This document shows positions 21,681 through 31,605 of a stretch of 64,000 nt of DNA, in pieces. The position numbers and the translations under genes are program-made. Numbering within the stretch: position 1 is the first letter of the stretch; every line of letters starts with the position of its first letter. Below the pieces are notes generated by a model. The model ran no database searches and was not told the DNA's origin. It was given only the letters and a program-made list of their open reading frames with translations. The stretch comes from Terriglobia bacterium (GTDB taxonomy: Bacteria; Acidobacteriota; Terriglobia; 20CM-2-55-15). Location of the stretch: assembly GCA_965262675.1 (NCBI GenBank), contig OZ253554.1:570997-634996 (forward strand), read 5' to 3'.

Positions 21681-21957
21681 CCTCGGCGGTCACCCAAAAC
21701 CGGCCAATAGCGGTCACTTGAAAACCGGCCAACGATAAGGTCCGGGACATTGACAGCGACGGAGTAGGCTCCGTCGGCATGAGCAATGTCTTGAGCGCCG
21801 AAAAACGAGAACAAGTAGTGGCATTGGGGCGGCTGGGATGGTCGCTCCGACGGATCGAACAAACGACCGGAGTGCGCCGGGAGACGGCTTCAGGCTACCT
21901 GAAGGCGGCCGGTTTTGCGGTGACCATCGTTGGCCGGATTTGAAGTGACCACTGAGG
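21681..21957 (+). mobile_element. Internally deleted IS21-family element (mini-IS)
   Basis: Inverted ends CCTCGGCGGTCACCCAAAACCGGCCA and TGGCCGGATTTGAAGTGACCACTGAGG, each with a tandem subterminal repeat. Only the IstA N-terminal HTH remains (MSNVLSAEKREQVVALGRLGWSLRRIEQTTGVRRETASGYLKAAG, from 21779). Confidence 0.82.
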
Positions 21958-22003
21958 GAATCACGACAAAAGATCGTTCCGGATACGCAAGATTCACGAC
22001 CCA
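21958..22003 (+). repeat. 281-bp junction element, internal fragment (left part missing next to the mini-IS21)
   Basis: gaatcacgacaaaagatcgttccggatacgcaagattcacgaccca matches the middle of the copy at 52349-52558. Confidence 0.9.
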
Positions 22004-22226
22004 AGAACAGGGTGCCGTGGTCCAGGCATGGATTCAGGAAGTCGAGGAGAAGGGACTTGAGGACGGAGAATTTCTACGTGTTCGGGGTGCCGCCCTGGGT
22101 TATTTCAACCGCATCCGACCCGAACTTCAGATCCTGTTGTGGCAGAGGAATCCCCAGGGAACCATTCGTCTCCCGACAACGGTCAATCAAGCCCGCTTGA
22201 GGGCTGTGGCCCAGATATATTTCTGA
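22004..22226 (+). pseudogene. 3' fragment of an unidentified gene
   Basis: Open frame with protein-like sequence (QGAVVQAWIQEVEEKG...RAVAQIYF*) begins abruptly at the element fragment. Confidence 0.4.
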
Positions 22227-22336
22227 TCTCGATATCTTGGCGTGTACGGAAGCGTTACAAGGAAATAGGAGTCGGGCTCTCAAGCAGGATGGTGAAAAAG
22301 CCCTCAATGGCTTTTCTCAGCAGTGTTCCGTCCTGT

Positions 22337-22690
22337 TCATCCCACGTTCAAGAGGAGGTAAATGGCCACCCCGGACCCTATCGTAGCGCTCCCGTAAGTA
22401 AGAACAACAATTACTTCATTGAGGTGCTTAATCTGTGCTCCGTCGTAGAGTGTGTAGCGAAACCGGTGTGCCCAGTGAAACAGTGATAGTACGCATAGAA
22501 CGAGCAGGTAAATGCGGGTCACAGGCGATTGGAGTAAACCGAGCAGGCTTTCATGGCTGGGAGAGGCAATCCATCCCAGCGGGAACGCGAGCCCGAACAA
22601 AAACACGTGCACGGGTAACAGGAAAGCGGAGACGACGCCCCCAGCGCTGAACAAGGCCCAAAAGAAAGCTACATATGATCTTTTGGCCAT
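22337..22690 (-). CDS. frdD: Fumarate reductase membrane anchor subunit D
   Basis: Motifs FWALFSAGGVVSA and FHWAHRFRY; last gene of the operon. Confidence 0.9.
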   Translation of the reverse strand: MAKRSYVAFFWALFSAGGVVSAFLLPVHVFLFGLAFPLGWIASPSHESLLGLLQSPVTRIYLLVLCVLSLFHWAHRFRYTLYDGAQIKHLNEVIVVLTYGSATIGSGVAIYLLLNVG

Positions 22691-22691
22691 T

Positions 22692-23108
22692 CTAACCTCC
22701 CACGATAACCCAGGCTAAGAAACCCGATATCACCAGCCATGCGACGTAGTTTGGGGCGATGATCAGAATGTCGGGAACGCGCTTTCCGCCGAGTCGAACA
22801 ACGATGGCCCGTGGCGTAAGGTTGAACCAGGTGACGGTGTGTAAGAGTAGGAACAGAAATCCGACGCTATTCAGCAGGATGACGAGGGGATTACCTAAGA
22901 ATTCCTGCAGCTCGGCGTAACTGGTCGCCCCGATAGTTAGTGCCCGAACCTGCAGGAGCGTAATCACTATGAAATATCCGACGAATACGCTGCTCAGCTC
23001 CCTCAGCATGAACTTGGTGTAGGACCACTGAGAAAGCCACCAGTAGGTGGAAACGCGAGGGCGGTACCACTTTGGATGAAATTCCGTGTACGCGGACCGT
23101 TCCCTCAT
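22692..23108 (-). CDS. frdC: Fumarate reductase membrane anchor subunit C
   Basis: Motifs YWWL...[10 protein letters not shown] and [13 protein letters not shown]. The ATG at 23108 overlaps the frdB stop. Confidence 0.9.
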   Translation of the reverse strand: MRERSAYTEFHPKWYRPRVSTYWWLSQWSYTKFMLRELSSVFVGYFIVITLLQVRALTIGATSYAELQEFLGNPLVILLNSVGFLFLLLHTVTWFNLTPRAIVVRLGGKRVPDILIIAPNYVAWLVISGFLAWVIVGG

Positions 23109-23848
23109 TTGGTTCCCCGCGGCATCAGGAAGGACTTGAACCATTCCGTCGTCGCAGTCACCTTGTACTGCTGAATCGCTCCCGCCGGATCTACGTGTTT
23201 GGGGCAGACCTTCGTGCACTCGCCTACAAAAGTACAAGCCCATATCCCTTCATGCTCCGACAGGATCCCGAGGCGTTCGGCGGCCCCCTGATCGCGTGCA
23301 TCCATGTTGTAGCGCTGAGCTAAGGCAATCGCCGCCGGGCCCGAAAAAGCGTCATCCAGGCCGTAAACGGGGCAGGCGGAGTAGCACAACATACAATTGA
23401 TGCACATACTGAACTGTTTGTATGAATCAAGTTCCTCAGGAGTCTGGAGATATTCTCCTTCCTCGATGGGCTTCTCATCTTCCCGGATGATCCAGGGCTT
23501 GACTTCCTTCAGTTTCGTCATGAAGTCCGACATTTCTATCGTTAGATCTCGGATGATCGGAAAATTCTTGAGCGGCTCGATTCGTACCGGACCGGGCGCA
23601 TACTCGGAGAGAAACGTGGCGCACGTGAGCTTGGGTTCGCCGTTCACCATCATCCCGCAACTCCCGCAGATCCCCATCCTGCAAGACCATCGGTACGACA
23701 GCGTCCCGTCCACCTCATCTTTGATGTAGTTCAAGGCATCGAGGATGACCCAGTCCTGGGTGATCGGCACCTCGTACTCTTGAACCGTCGGTTCTGTTTC
23801 CTGTTCCGGTCTATAGCGTGTGACTTCGAGGGCGATTGTGTCCGTCAT
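23105..23848 (-). CDS. frdB: Fumarate reductase/succinate dehydrogenase Fe-S subunit
   Basis: Motifs [21 protein letters not shown] and [13 protein letters not shown]. Confidence 0.95.
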   Translation of the reverse strand: MTDTIALEVTRYRPEQETEPTVQEYEVPITQDWVILDALNYIKDEVDGTLSYRWSCRMGICGSCGMMVNGEPKLTCATFLSEYAPGPVRIEPLKNFPIIRDLTIEMSDFMTKLKEVKPWIIREDEKPIEEGEYLQTPEELDSYKQFSMCINCMLCYSACPVYGLDDAFSGPAAIALAQRYNMDARDQGAAERLGILSEHEGIWACTFVGECTKVCPKHVDPAGAIQQYKVTATTEWFKSFLMPRGTK

Positions 23849-23854
23849 CCGTAC

Positions 23855-25600
23855 CTACTTTCTTCCGTATACGCGTTCGGCCGGCGGCCATCGTGTGATG
23901 TTCACCGGCAGATACTCCATTCGAGAGGTGCCGTCTTCGTTTCGAAACACCAGAGAATGTGCGAGAAATTTTTCGTCGTCCCGGGCGGGAAAATCCGTCC
24001 TCTGATGCGCTCCACGGGACTCCGTGCGGTTGGCGGCACATTGCACGATCGTTTCGGCAACGTCGAGCATATAAGCCAACTCAAGTGCTGAAACCAGTTC
24101 CGTGTTAAACGTGCGACTGTGGTCCTGGATTGCGATGTCGTTGAAGCGATCCTGTAGTTCCCGAAGCTTCTCAGAAGCCCGTTTAATAGCTTCGCCGTTA
24201 CGGTAAATGCCCGCGCCATCCTCCATCGCTGCCTGCATCTCCTTCCGGATCGTAGCGATCGGTTCCCGCCCGCTTGTCTTTCGAAGAAACTTCTCTTCCA
24301 GGCGCCTCTTTTCATCGTTCGCTTGAGCGATAACGTGATTCCCAGGCGCCTTCCGAGTGGAGGCGAGAGCTGCGGCTGCCGATCCCGCTCGGCCGCCGAA
24401 AACGAGTAGTTCGGTCAGAGAATTCGAGCCGAGCCGGTTGGCACCGTTGATGCTGACACACGCGACCTCTCCCGCGGCGAACAATCCGTCCAGCGGAGTC
24501 GCGCCGTCTTTGTCGGTATGCACTCCACCCATCACGTAGTGAATGACAGGCCGCACGGGTATTTTTTCCCGAACCGGATCGATATTTTCGTACTTGAGAC
24601 ACAGTTCCCGGACAAAGGGAATTCTGGAGTCGATGTGCTTTTCTCCCAGATGGCGCAGATCGAGGTGTACGTAGTGGCCGTAAGGACCCTCCATAGTTCG
24701 TCCTCTCTCCTGTTCTTTGACGAACGCCTGGGAGAGCCGATCGCGAGGACCCAGTTCCATCGAGCGCAGCACGGGTTTGGCCTGTGGGGTCCCCAAATCG
24801 TAGTCCTGCAGGTACCGGTAGCCGTCCTTGTTTACCAGATGCCCGCCCTCGGCCCGGGTTGCCTCGGTGATCAGGATTCCGGTAAAGGGAAGACCCGTCG
24901 GATGGTACTGGACAAATTCCATGTCCTTTAAAGGGATACCGGCCCGGTAAGCCATCGCCATGCCGTCGCCGTTCTTGATGTTGGCGTTCGTGGTAAACGG
25001 AAACACTTTGCCGCACCCGCCCGTGCAGAGAATCACTGCTTTTGCAGTGATAGCCTGGATCTTCCCGGACATCAGCTCCAAGGCCACGACTCCCTGAACC
25101 TGGCCGTCGTCAACCAGCAACTTCGTGACGAACCACTCGTCGTAGCGGACGATGGGGTCATATTTTAACGACGTCTGGAAGAGCGTGTGGAGCATATGAA
25201 AACCCGTCTTGTCGGCGGCGAACCAGGTGCGCTTGTTTTTCATACCTCCAAACGGCCGCACGGCGACCCGGCCGTCGTCTGTCCGGCTCCAGGGGCAGCC
25301 CCAATGTTCCAGTTGCAGCAACTCTCTCGGGGCTTGCTCGACGAACAGTTCGACAGCGTCCTGATCACAGAGCCAATCGCTTCCTGAGACCGTGTCGTAA
25401 GCGTGTTCATCCAGGCTGTCGTCGTCGGCGATAACCCCGGCAGCTCCCCCTTCAGCTGACACTGTATGGCTCCGCATCGGGTAGACCTTCGAAACAACGG
25501 CAACTTTGAGCTTTGGATCGAACTCCGCAACGGCTATGGCCGCCCGCAGACCGGCGCCGCCGCCGCCAACCAAAAGAACATCGTAAGAAGAAACGTCCAC
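23855..25600 (-). CDS. frdA: Fumarate reductase flavoprotein subunit
   Basis: Motifs [37 protein letters not shown] and ESRGAH. GTG start after a GGAGG RBS. Confidence 0.95.
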   Translation of the reverse strand: MDVSSYDVLLVGGGGAGLRAAIAVAEFDPKLKVAVVSKVYPMRSHTVSAEGGAAGVIADDDSLDEHAYDTVSGSDWLCDQDAVELFVEQAPRELLQLEHWGCPWSRTDDGRVAVRPFGGMKNKRTWFAADKTGFHMLHTLFQTSLKYDPIVRYDEWFVTKLLVDDGQVQGVVALELMSGKIQAITAKAVILCTGGCGKVFPFTTNANIKNGDGMAMAYRAGIPLKDMEFVQYHPTGLPFTGILITEATRAEGGHLVNKDGYRYLQDYDLGTPQAKPVLRSMELGPRDRLSQAFVKEQERGRTMEGPYGHYVHLDLRHLGEKHIDSRIPFVRELCLKYENIDPVREKIPVRPVIHYVMGGVHTDKDGATPLDGLFAAGEVACVSINGANRLGSNSLTELLVFGGRAGSAAAALASTRKAPGNHVIAQANDEKRRLEEKFLRKTSGREPIATIRKEMQAAMEDGAGIYRNGEAIKRASEKLRELQDRFNDIAIQDHSRTFNTELVSALELAYMLDVAETIVQCAANRTESRGAHQRTDFPARDDEKFLAHSLVFRNEDGTSRMEYLPVNITRWPPAERVYGRK

Positions 25601-25710
25601 TACCCCTCCGCGCCCTATGAAAGACCTCATAAAACGGCGTTTTCGATCAGTAAACCGTCGAGAATCTACACGTTGTTACGCCTGCTTGTCAAGAGATCGG
25701 CTGCAGAGGG

Positions 25711-27791
25711 CAGGGCCATTTTATTGTTCGTTCGGCGGTTTTCGGCAGCCCTGGTTGAATCCGGAGCTGGCTATTTTGTTTTCGATGTGGCAGAGTATCC
25801 GTCATGGGAGGGCCACCGGCACAGGGTTGCGATATTGATCTGCGGGCAGTGGCGGTGCGTCCGACCTGGGGCGCGGAGGAACACCGGCGCTGGGACAGGC
25901 TGGTGGCGGCCCATCACTACCTGCCGTTTCATGGCGTGTTCGGGAAGGGCTTGCGCCACGTCGCGACGCTGGGCTCGACCTGGCTTGCGCTGATCGGCTG
26001 GCAGCCGGGCGCGTTCAAGCTGGCCGCGCGCGACCGCTGGATCGGCTGGAGCGCGGAGCAGCAGTTCCAGCGCTTGCATCTGATCGCCAACAACGCGCGC
26101 TTCGTCATCCTGACGCCGCGCACGGTGCCCAATCTGGCCTCGCGGGCGCTGGGTCTGAGCCTGCGGCGGCTGTCGCAGGACATGCAGGCGGCGCACGGCT
26201 ACCCCGTCTTGCTGGCAGAGACGTTCGTGGATCCGGCCCGCTTTGCCGGGACCTGTTACCGCGCGTCGAACTGGCGCTGGCTGGGCCGGACCCGCGGCTA
26301 TGCCCGGGAGCCCGGCGGCGCGGCGCGCTGGCGCCATCACGGCCAACCCAAGGAGATCTTCGTGTTCGAACTCACCGGCCATGCCGCCGAGGCGCTGAGC
26401 CAGACCGAGACGCCGGCCTCGTGGCACGGTGAACCCCGAACCGCGCCCATGGCCGCGCCGCGTCTGCGCAGCCTGTTCGAGCGCCTGGGCGAAGTGCCCG
26501 AGCGGCGCCGCGCCCGGGGCAAGCGCTACCCGCTCCACACCGTGCTGACGCTCGCCGTCGCGGCCCGCCTGGCCGGCTACCGCGGGGTGACCGCCTTTGC
26601 GCAGTTCGCCCGCCTGCTCAGCCAGGAGCAACTCCAGGCCGTGGGCGCCTTCTACAGCCCCTCGAAGCAGCGCTACACCGCGCCCTCGATCACCACCTTC
26701 CACAACATCCTCGCGGCGCTTCCGCCCGAGACCCTCGACAACGCCATCGGCCGGTGGGCCGGCCAGTACAGCGCCGCTCACGCCCCGGTGGCCATGGACG
26801 GGAAGGACCTGCGCGGCGCCTCGGCGCAGACCGGGCACGGGCGCCGGATGATGGTCGCGGCGGTCGAGCACGGCTCCGGCCTGGTCCTGGGTCAGAAAGA
26901 GATCGACGACAAGACCAATGAAATCCCCGCCGTGCGCGACCTGTCGGGCGGCCTCGACCTCGCCGGACGCACCGTCACCCTCGACGCGATGCATGCCCAA
27001 CAGGACACCGCCCGCTGCCTGCTCGACCAGTGTCACGCCGACTACGTCGTCACCGCGATCAAGGACAACCAGCCCACGATGCATGACGACCTCCGGTCGG
27101 TCGACTGGAGCGCCGCGCCCTCGCACGAAACCCTCGAGAAGGCCCATGGCCGCATCGAGCGCCGCCGTTGCGCCGCCATCGACCTCTCCGACACCCCCTG
27201 GGACGGTTACGCCAACCTCTATGGACGCCGCCAGGCGATGCGCATCGAACGGGAGCGCGAGACCGTCAAGACCGGCGCGTGCAGCGTCGAGGTGACCTTT
27301 TGCCTGACCTCGCTGGATGCGGAGCGCGCCAGTCCCGAGCAACTCCTGGCCCTGGTCCGGAATCACTGGCACATCGAAAACCGTCTGCACTACGTCCGCG
27401 ACTTCACCTACGATGAAGACCGTTGCCGGGCCTATGTGCGCCACTTGCCGCGCAATCTCGCCTGCCTCACCAACGCCGCCATCGCCATCGTGCGCTGCCA
27501 GGGGCGCTTCCGCTACCTGCCCGAGGCCAACCGTCATTATGCCGCCCGCGCGCAGGATGCCCTCGACGCCATCCTGAATGCCCCCACAGCCTGACCCCCC
27601 CCGACATCCCTGCGGAATCGGGCGCGACGCGCCGCTGGACACCTGTGCCCGCCGGGCACGAAGACGCCATGCGACGCCTGCAAGCGGCCCCCTTTACGCG
27701 TCTCCCGCAACCCCGCGACGCGCCGATCCCCTTCCAACCTACGCGATCTTCCTCATCCCGCGTCCCGAGGCGGGACAATAAAATGGTCCTG
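25711..27791 (+). mobile_element. ISAs1-family IS, complete, with 10-bp target duplication
   Basis: Inverted repeats CAGGGCCATTTTATTGT and ACAATAAAATGGTCCTG. Direct repeat CTGCAGAGGG at 25701-25710 and 27792-27801. Confidence 0.93.
25804..27594 (+). CDS. ISAs1-family DDE transposase with N-terminal DUF4338-like domain
   Basis: N-terminal HHYL...ARDRWIGW...NNARF...ETFVD...GTCYRASNW; C-terminal AMDGKDLRG, KTNEIP, TLDAMHAQ, HGRIERR and HWHIENRLHYVRD. Confidence 0.92.
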   Translation: MGGPPAQGCDIDLRAVAVRPTWGAEEHRRWDRLVAAHHYLPFHGVFGKGLRHVATLGSTWLALIGWQPGAFKLAARDRWIGWSAEQQFQRLHLIANNARFVILTPRTVPNLASRALGLSLRRLSQDMQAAHGYPVLLAETFVDPARFAGTCYRASNWRWLGRTRGYAREPGGAARWRHHGQPKEIFVFELTGHAAEALSQTETPASWHGEPRTAPMAAPRLRSLFERLGEVPERRRARGKRYPLHTVLTLAVAARLAGYRGVTAFAQFARLLSQEQLQAVGAFYSPSKQRYTAPSITTFHNILAALPPETLDNAIGRWAGQYSAAHAPVAMDGKDLRGASAQTGHGRRMMVAAVEHGSGLVLGQKEIDDKTNEIPAVRDLSGGLDLAGRTVTLDAMHAQQDTARCLLDQCHADYVVTAIKDNQPTMHDDLRSVDWSAAPSHETLEKAHGRIERRRCAAIDLSDTPWDGYANLYGRRQAMRIERERETVKTGACSVEVTFCLTSLDAERASPEQLLALVRNHWHIENRLHYVRDFTYDEDRCRAYVRHLPRNLACLTNAAIAIVRCQGRFRYLPEANRHYAARAQDALDAILNAPTA

Positions 27792-27899
27792 CTGCAGAGG
27801 GGCGCACGTCAGGAAGGTGAGACAGGTTCGGGTGACCAGTAACGGCAACGGTTGCGACGGGCTATTCCTACGGATATAGTGTCCGTAGGAGGTATGCCG

Positions 27900-28228
27900 A
27901 TGAACCGAGAGGCGATCCCAGCAACTGTTCGTAACGTGGCGCGAGAATTGGCCGAGCCCCGGCCGATGCGACGGGGTTCGGTGTCGGAACGGTCGATGAA
28001 GTGTGGCCGGAAAGAATGCCGGTGTCAGCAAGATCCCGAGGCGCGGCATGGGCCGTACTACAGTCTGACGCGGGCGGAGGGAGGAAAGACGCGGTCCCGG
28101 TACGTGAATGCAGAGCAGGCTTCAGCGGCGCGCCGGCAAGTGGAGGCCGGACAGGAATTCCGGAAGCGGGTCGAGGCCTACTGGCGGGCCTGCGAACAGT
28201 GGGCCGACGCCCAACTGGAAGCGGTGGG
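27900..28228 (+). pseudogene. DUF6788-like IS accessory ORF, truncated by IS3
   Basis: MRRGSVSER..KCGRKECRC...HGPYY; the frame runs into the IS3 end at 28229. Confidence 0.7.
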
Positions 28229-28408
28229 TGAGGGGCTCCCCATTCTTCGGACAGAAAATCCCGGTTCTTAAGGTGGATCGCTGCCGTTGAAATGGGTTGA
28301 TATTTGGCCCGTCGCCGAGCCTGTGGCAACTGTGAAAAAGCCGAGTCTCCGAGGCTGTTTTCAAGCAGCTGTGGGAATCCGCGTCGTGTGCGGATTTCCA
28401 CAGCTGCG

Positions 28409-29284
28409 TCAGTTTCCACAGGCCCCTGGCGGGCGTTGAAAGTAAACGGCCTCGGGTGTCCGATAGTCGAATGCTTCGTGGCCGCGTTCCCGATTGTAAT
28501 GCCTGAAATACAGATTCAGGTTCGAGATCGCCTCGGGAACGCTCAAGTAGTCCTTCAGGTACACTTCCTCGTACTTCACGGTTCGCCATAAGCGCTCGAC
28601 GACGATGTTGTCCAGGAACCGGCCCCGGCCGTCCATGCCGATCGTGATGCCGCGGTCTTCGAGCCGGCGCGTGAAGACATCGCTGGTGAACTGCGCGCCC
28701 TGATCCGAGTTGAAAATCTCGGGTCGCGCCTGGGTCAGCGCCCAGTCCAGTGCCGACACGCAAAACCCGCTGTCCATCGTCGTGGACACTTCCCAGGCCA
28801 GCACGTACCGGCTGAACCAGTCCATGATCGCCACCAGATAGATGAATCCTTGCCGAAGCCGGATATAGGTGATATCCGTGGCCCAAACCTGATCGGGACG
28901 CACAATCTCCAGATGGCGCAACCGGTACGGGTAAATCCGGTGTCCCGGGGCCGGCATCGACAACCGCGGTTTGGGATAGATCGCTTCCAGTCCCATTCGC
29001 CGGACCAGTCGCCGAACCCGCTTCGCATTGACCGGCCGGCCTTGCGTCTTCAACCACCAGGTCATACGCCGAATCCCGTAATACGGGGTGCGCGTATACT
29101 GCTCGTCCAACAGACGCATCAGCGCGATGTTCTCGGCGCTCTCGCCCACCGGTGTGTAGTAGAGTCCCGATCGGGACACTCCGCTCAACCGGCACTGCTC
29201 CAAGATGCTCAACTCGTCGTGATTGGATTCGATCCATGGCCGTCGTTGCTCTAACGGGAAAGTCCCGACTTTTTTTTGAGCCAC
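28409..29284 (-). CDS. IS3 transposase OrfB (integrase core), -1 frameshift fusion with OrfA
   Basis: Motifs WATDITYI, NSDQGAQFTS and DNIVVERLWRTVKYE. Slippery A8G at about 29269-29277. Confidence 0.93.
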   Translation of the reverse strand: MAQKKVGTFPLEQRRPWIESNHDELSILEQCRLSGVSRSGLYYTPVGESAENIALMRLLDEQYTRTPYYGIRRMTWWLKTQGRPVNAKRVRRLVRRMGLEAIYPKPRLSMPAPGHRIYPYRLRHLEIVRPDQVWATDITYIRLRQGFIYLVAIMDWFSRYVLAWEVSTTMDSGFCVSALDWALTQARPEIFNSDQGAQFTSDVFTRRLEDRGITIGMDGRGRFLDNIVVERLWRTVKYEEVYLKDYLSVPEAISNLNLYFRHYNRERGHEAFDYRTPEAVYFQRPPGACGN

Positions 29285-29544
29285 TCCACCTCGACCTGTA
29301 ATCGTCCGATCTGTTGGTAGAGTTCGGCCTGCGCTTGCTCATCGGCTTCACTGGCCTGTGCCCGGCCATTGGAGAAGATCTCCGATACGCCGTCGAGCAC
29401 TTGCTTTTTCCACTTCGTCACCATGTTCGGGTGAACTTCGTAGTGGGACGCGATCTCCTGGATCGTGCGCTGCCCCTTGACCGCTTCCACGGCGATCTTT
29501 GCCTTCAAATCCGCGCTGTACTGCTTCCGCCCTCGCTTCTTCAT
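29251..29544 (-). CDS. IS3 transposase OrfA (HTH)
   Basis: RKQYSADLKAKIA...HPNMVTKWKK...LYQQIGRLQVEVEWLKKK. Confidence 0.92.
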   Translation of the reverse strand: MKKRGRKQYSADLKAKIAVEAVKGQRTIQEIASHYEVHPNMVTKWKKQVLDGVSEIFSNGRAQASEADEQAQAELYQQIGRLQVEVEWLKKKSGLSR

Positions 29545-29608
29545 CGGCCTCTCCCGAGGCAGCGATTTTACACCTTAGCCACCTGTCCGAATTTTGGGGA
29601 TCCCCTCA

Positions 29609-31080
29609 CCAACCGGAACAAGCGCTGTTGCTGCCGCCGAATGTGCGGGATTGGTTGCCGGAGGGTCACCTGGCGGACCATGTGAGCGATCTGGTGGACG
29701 GTCTGGATTTAGCGGTGTTCTACGAGCGTTACGAGGGGGACGGTCGCCGGAAGTCGCCCTATGAGCCGCGGATGATGTTGAAGCTGCTGATCTACGGTTA
29801 TGCGACGGGGGTGTTTTCGTCCCGGGGGATGGCGCGGAAGCTGGATGAGGACGTGGCGTTCCGGGTGTTGGCGGCGGACAACTATCCGAGCCATCGGACG
29901 ATATGCGAGTTTCGCCGCCGTCATTTGTCGGCGTTCAAGCGATTGTTCGTGGAGGTGGTCGGCTTGGCGCGGGAGATGGGCGTGGGGAACTTCGGCAAGT
30001 TATCGATCGACGGGACGAAGGTTCGAGCCAACGCCAGCAAGCGCAAGGCGATGAGTTACGGTCGGATGCGGGAGGAGGAGCGGCGTCTGGCGGGCGAGAT
30101 CGAAGCGTTGCTGTCGCGGGCGCGGGAGACCGACGAGGCGGAGGATGCGCGCTTTGGGGAGGCGTTTCGGGGGGGCGAGTTGCCCGAGGAGTTGCGCCGG
30201 CGGGAGGACCGGCTGGCGGCGATCCGGGCGGCCCGGGCGCGTTTGGAGGCCAGGCAACGGGAGGCGGACGAGGCGCGGGGACGGGAGCCCGGTTCGAAGC
30301 GCAACCCGAAGGGCGGGCGGCCCTACAAGCGGGAATACGGGGAGCCGGACGAGAAGGCGCAGGACAACTTCACGGATCCGGAAAGCCGGATCATGAAGAC
30401 CTCGACGGAGGGATTTCAGCAGTGCTACAACGCGCAGGTGGCGGTGGAGGGAGAGAACCAGTTGATCGTCGCTACCGAGGTGTCGTCGAACGCCAACGAC
30501 CAGGGCCGGATGGTCCCGCTGGTGGACGAGGTGGAGGCCACCCATGGGGACGGCCCGAGACGGTGTTGGCGGATGCGGGCTACTGCAACGAGGACGACCT
30601 GCAGGTGCTGGAGGCGCGCGGCGTGGACGGCTATGTGGCTCTGGGCCGGGAGGGCAAACACGAGATCCGGGTGAATGCGGCCAAACATCCGGCGAAGGCG
30701 CGCATGGCCGAGAAGCTGGCGACGGAGGCGGGACGGGCGCAGTACGCCCAACGCAAATGGCTATCGGAGGCGCCCAACGGGTGGATCAAGGAGGTGCTCG
30801 GTTTCCGCCGATTCAGCCTGCGCGGCCTGAGCAAGGTCCAGGGCGAGTGGAACCTGGTGTGTCTGGCATTGAACGTCAAGCGGATGCAGGGGCTTCAGGT
30901 AGCCCAATGACCGGGATACCGCCCGCAAATCAGGCCGTCAGAGGGTCGATTCAGGCGCCCGTGGCGCACCCAGCGGCGCCTCGTCGTCCAAAACGCCCTT
31001 TCCCCGGCCACCGATGCCGATCAATCGCTATCTCGCGAAATTCGCCAACCCGCAAATCGTCCTACGGCGCAGGCTCCTAG
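29609..31080 (+). pseudogene. IS1182-family transposase remnant (5'-truncated, frameshift at about 30550)
   Basis: LLPPNVRDWLPEGHLA, YGYATGVFSSR, IDGTKVRANAS and NFTDPESRIM, continuing in another frame as LADAGY...GFRRFSLRG. Right end GGCGCAGGCTCCTAG. Confidence 0.88.
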
Positions 31081-31199
31081 GACCGATTGGCGACATCCCA
31101 CCGGCCGAGTTCGAACAGATGTGCGATCAGCAGCAACAGTCCCGCCTCGTCGAGGCGGGACTCAACTAAAACTGTCTCCGGAAAAACCGGTGAGGTTCA
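31081..31199 (+). mobile_element. 3' end fragment of a second IS3-family element
   Basis: IGDIPPAEFEQ...AGLN* followed by an inverted-repeat-like end tctccggaaaaaccggtgaggttca. Confidence 0.7.
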
Positions 31200-31210
31200 A
31201 GTTGTGGATC

Positions 31211-31460
31211 GGGTAGATTCCTGAGGAAATGAAAAAGGCGGAGTATCCTAATCTCGTGAAATTCAAAAATGCGAGAACCCCAGTTAGATCTGGGGAAGAG
31301 AACGCCGCCCATGCTGAAGATAACCGAGAACGGACAGGAACAAGACGAGAACGTGGAGACGCACCTGGATTCTTTGATCTGGACGGGGGCTCAGAAGATG
31401 TTGAGGATTGCGATCGAGTCGGAAGTTGAGGAATACGTCGATCGGTTCCGGAATGAGACC
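31211..31460 (+). mobile_element. 5' fragment of an IS256-family element
   Basis: MLKITENG...LDSLIWTGAQKMLRIAIESEVEEYV resembles IS256 transposase N-termini; similarity stops abruptly. Confidence 0.6.
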
Positions 31461-31605
31461 GGTCTTGGCGGTCGTGACCAACCGCACCTCGCGGATTTCC
31501 TGCACGACTGCCGGTAAACCGGGTGGAATGGTGGGACGCCCACTGGATTGAGGGCCTCCTGCGACTCAAGTTGGGCAAGGCCTTGAAGGGATAAGCGGAC
31601 ACCCC

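Larger units (their letters stand above)
28229..29608 (-). mobile_element. IS3-family element
   Basis: Inverted repeats TGAGGGGCTCCCCATTCTTCGGACAG and CTGTCCGAATTTTGGGGATCCCCTCA; orfA/orfB; no target duplication. Confidence 0.92.
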
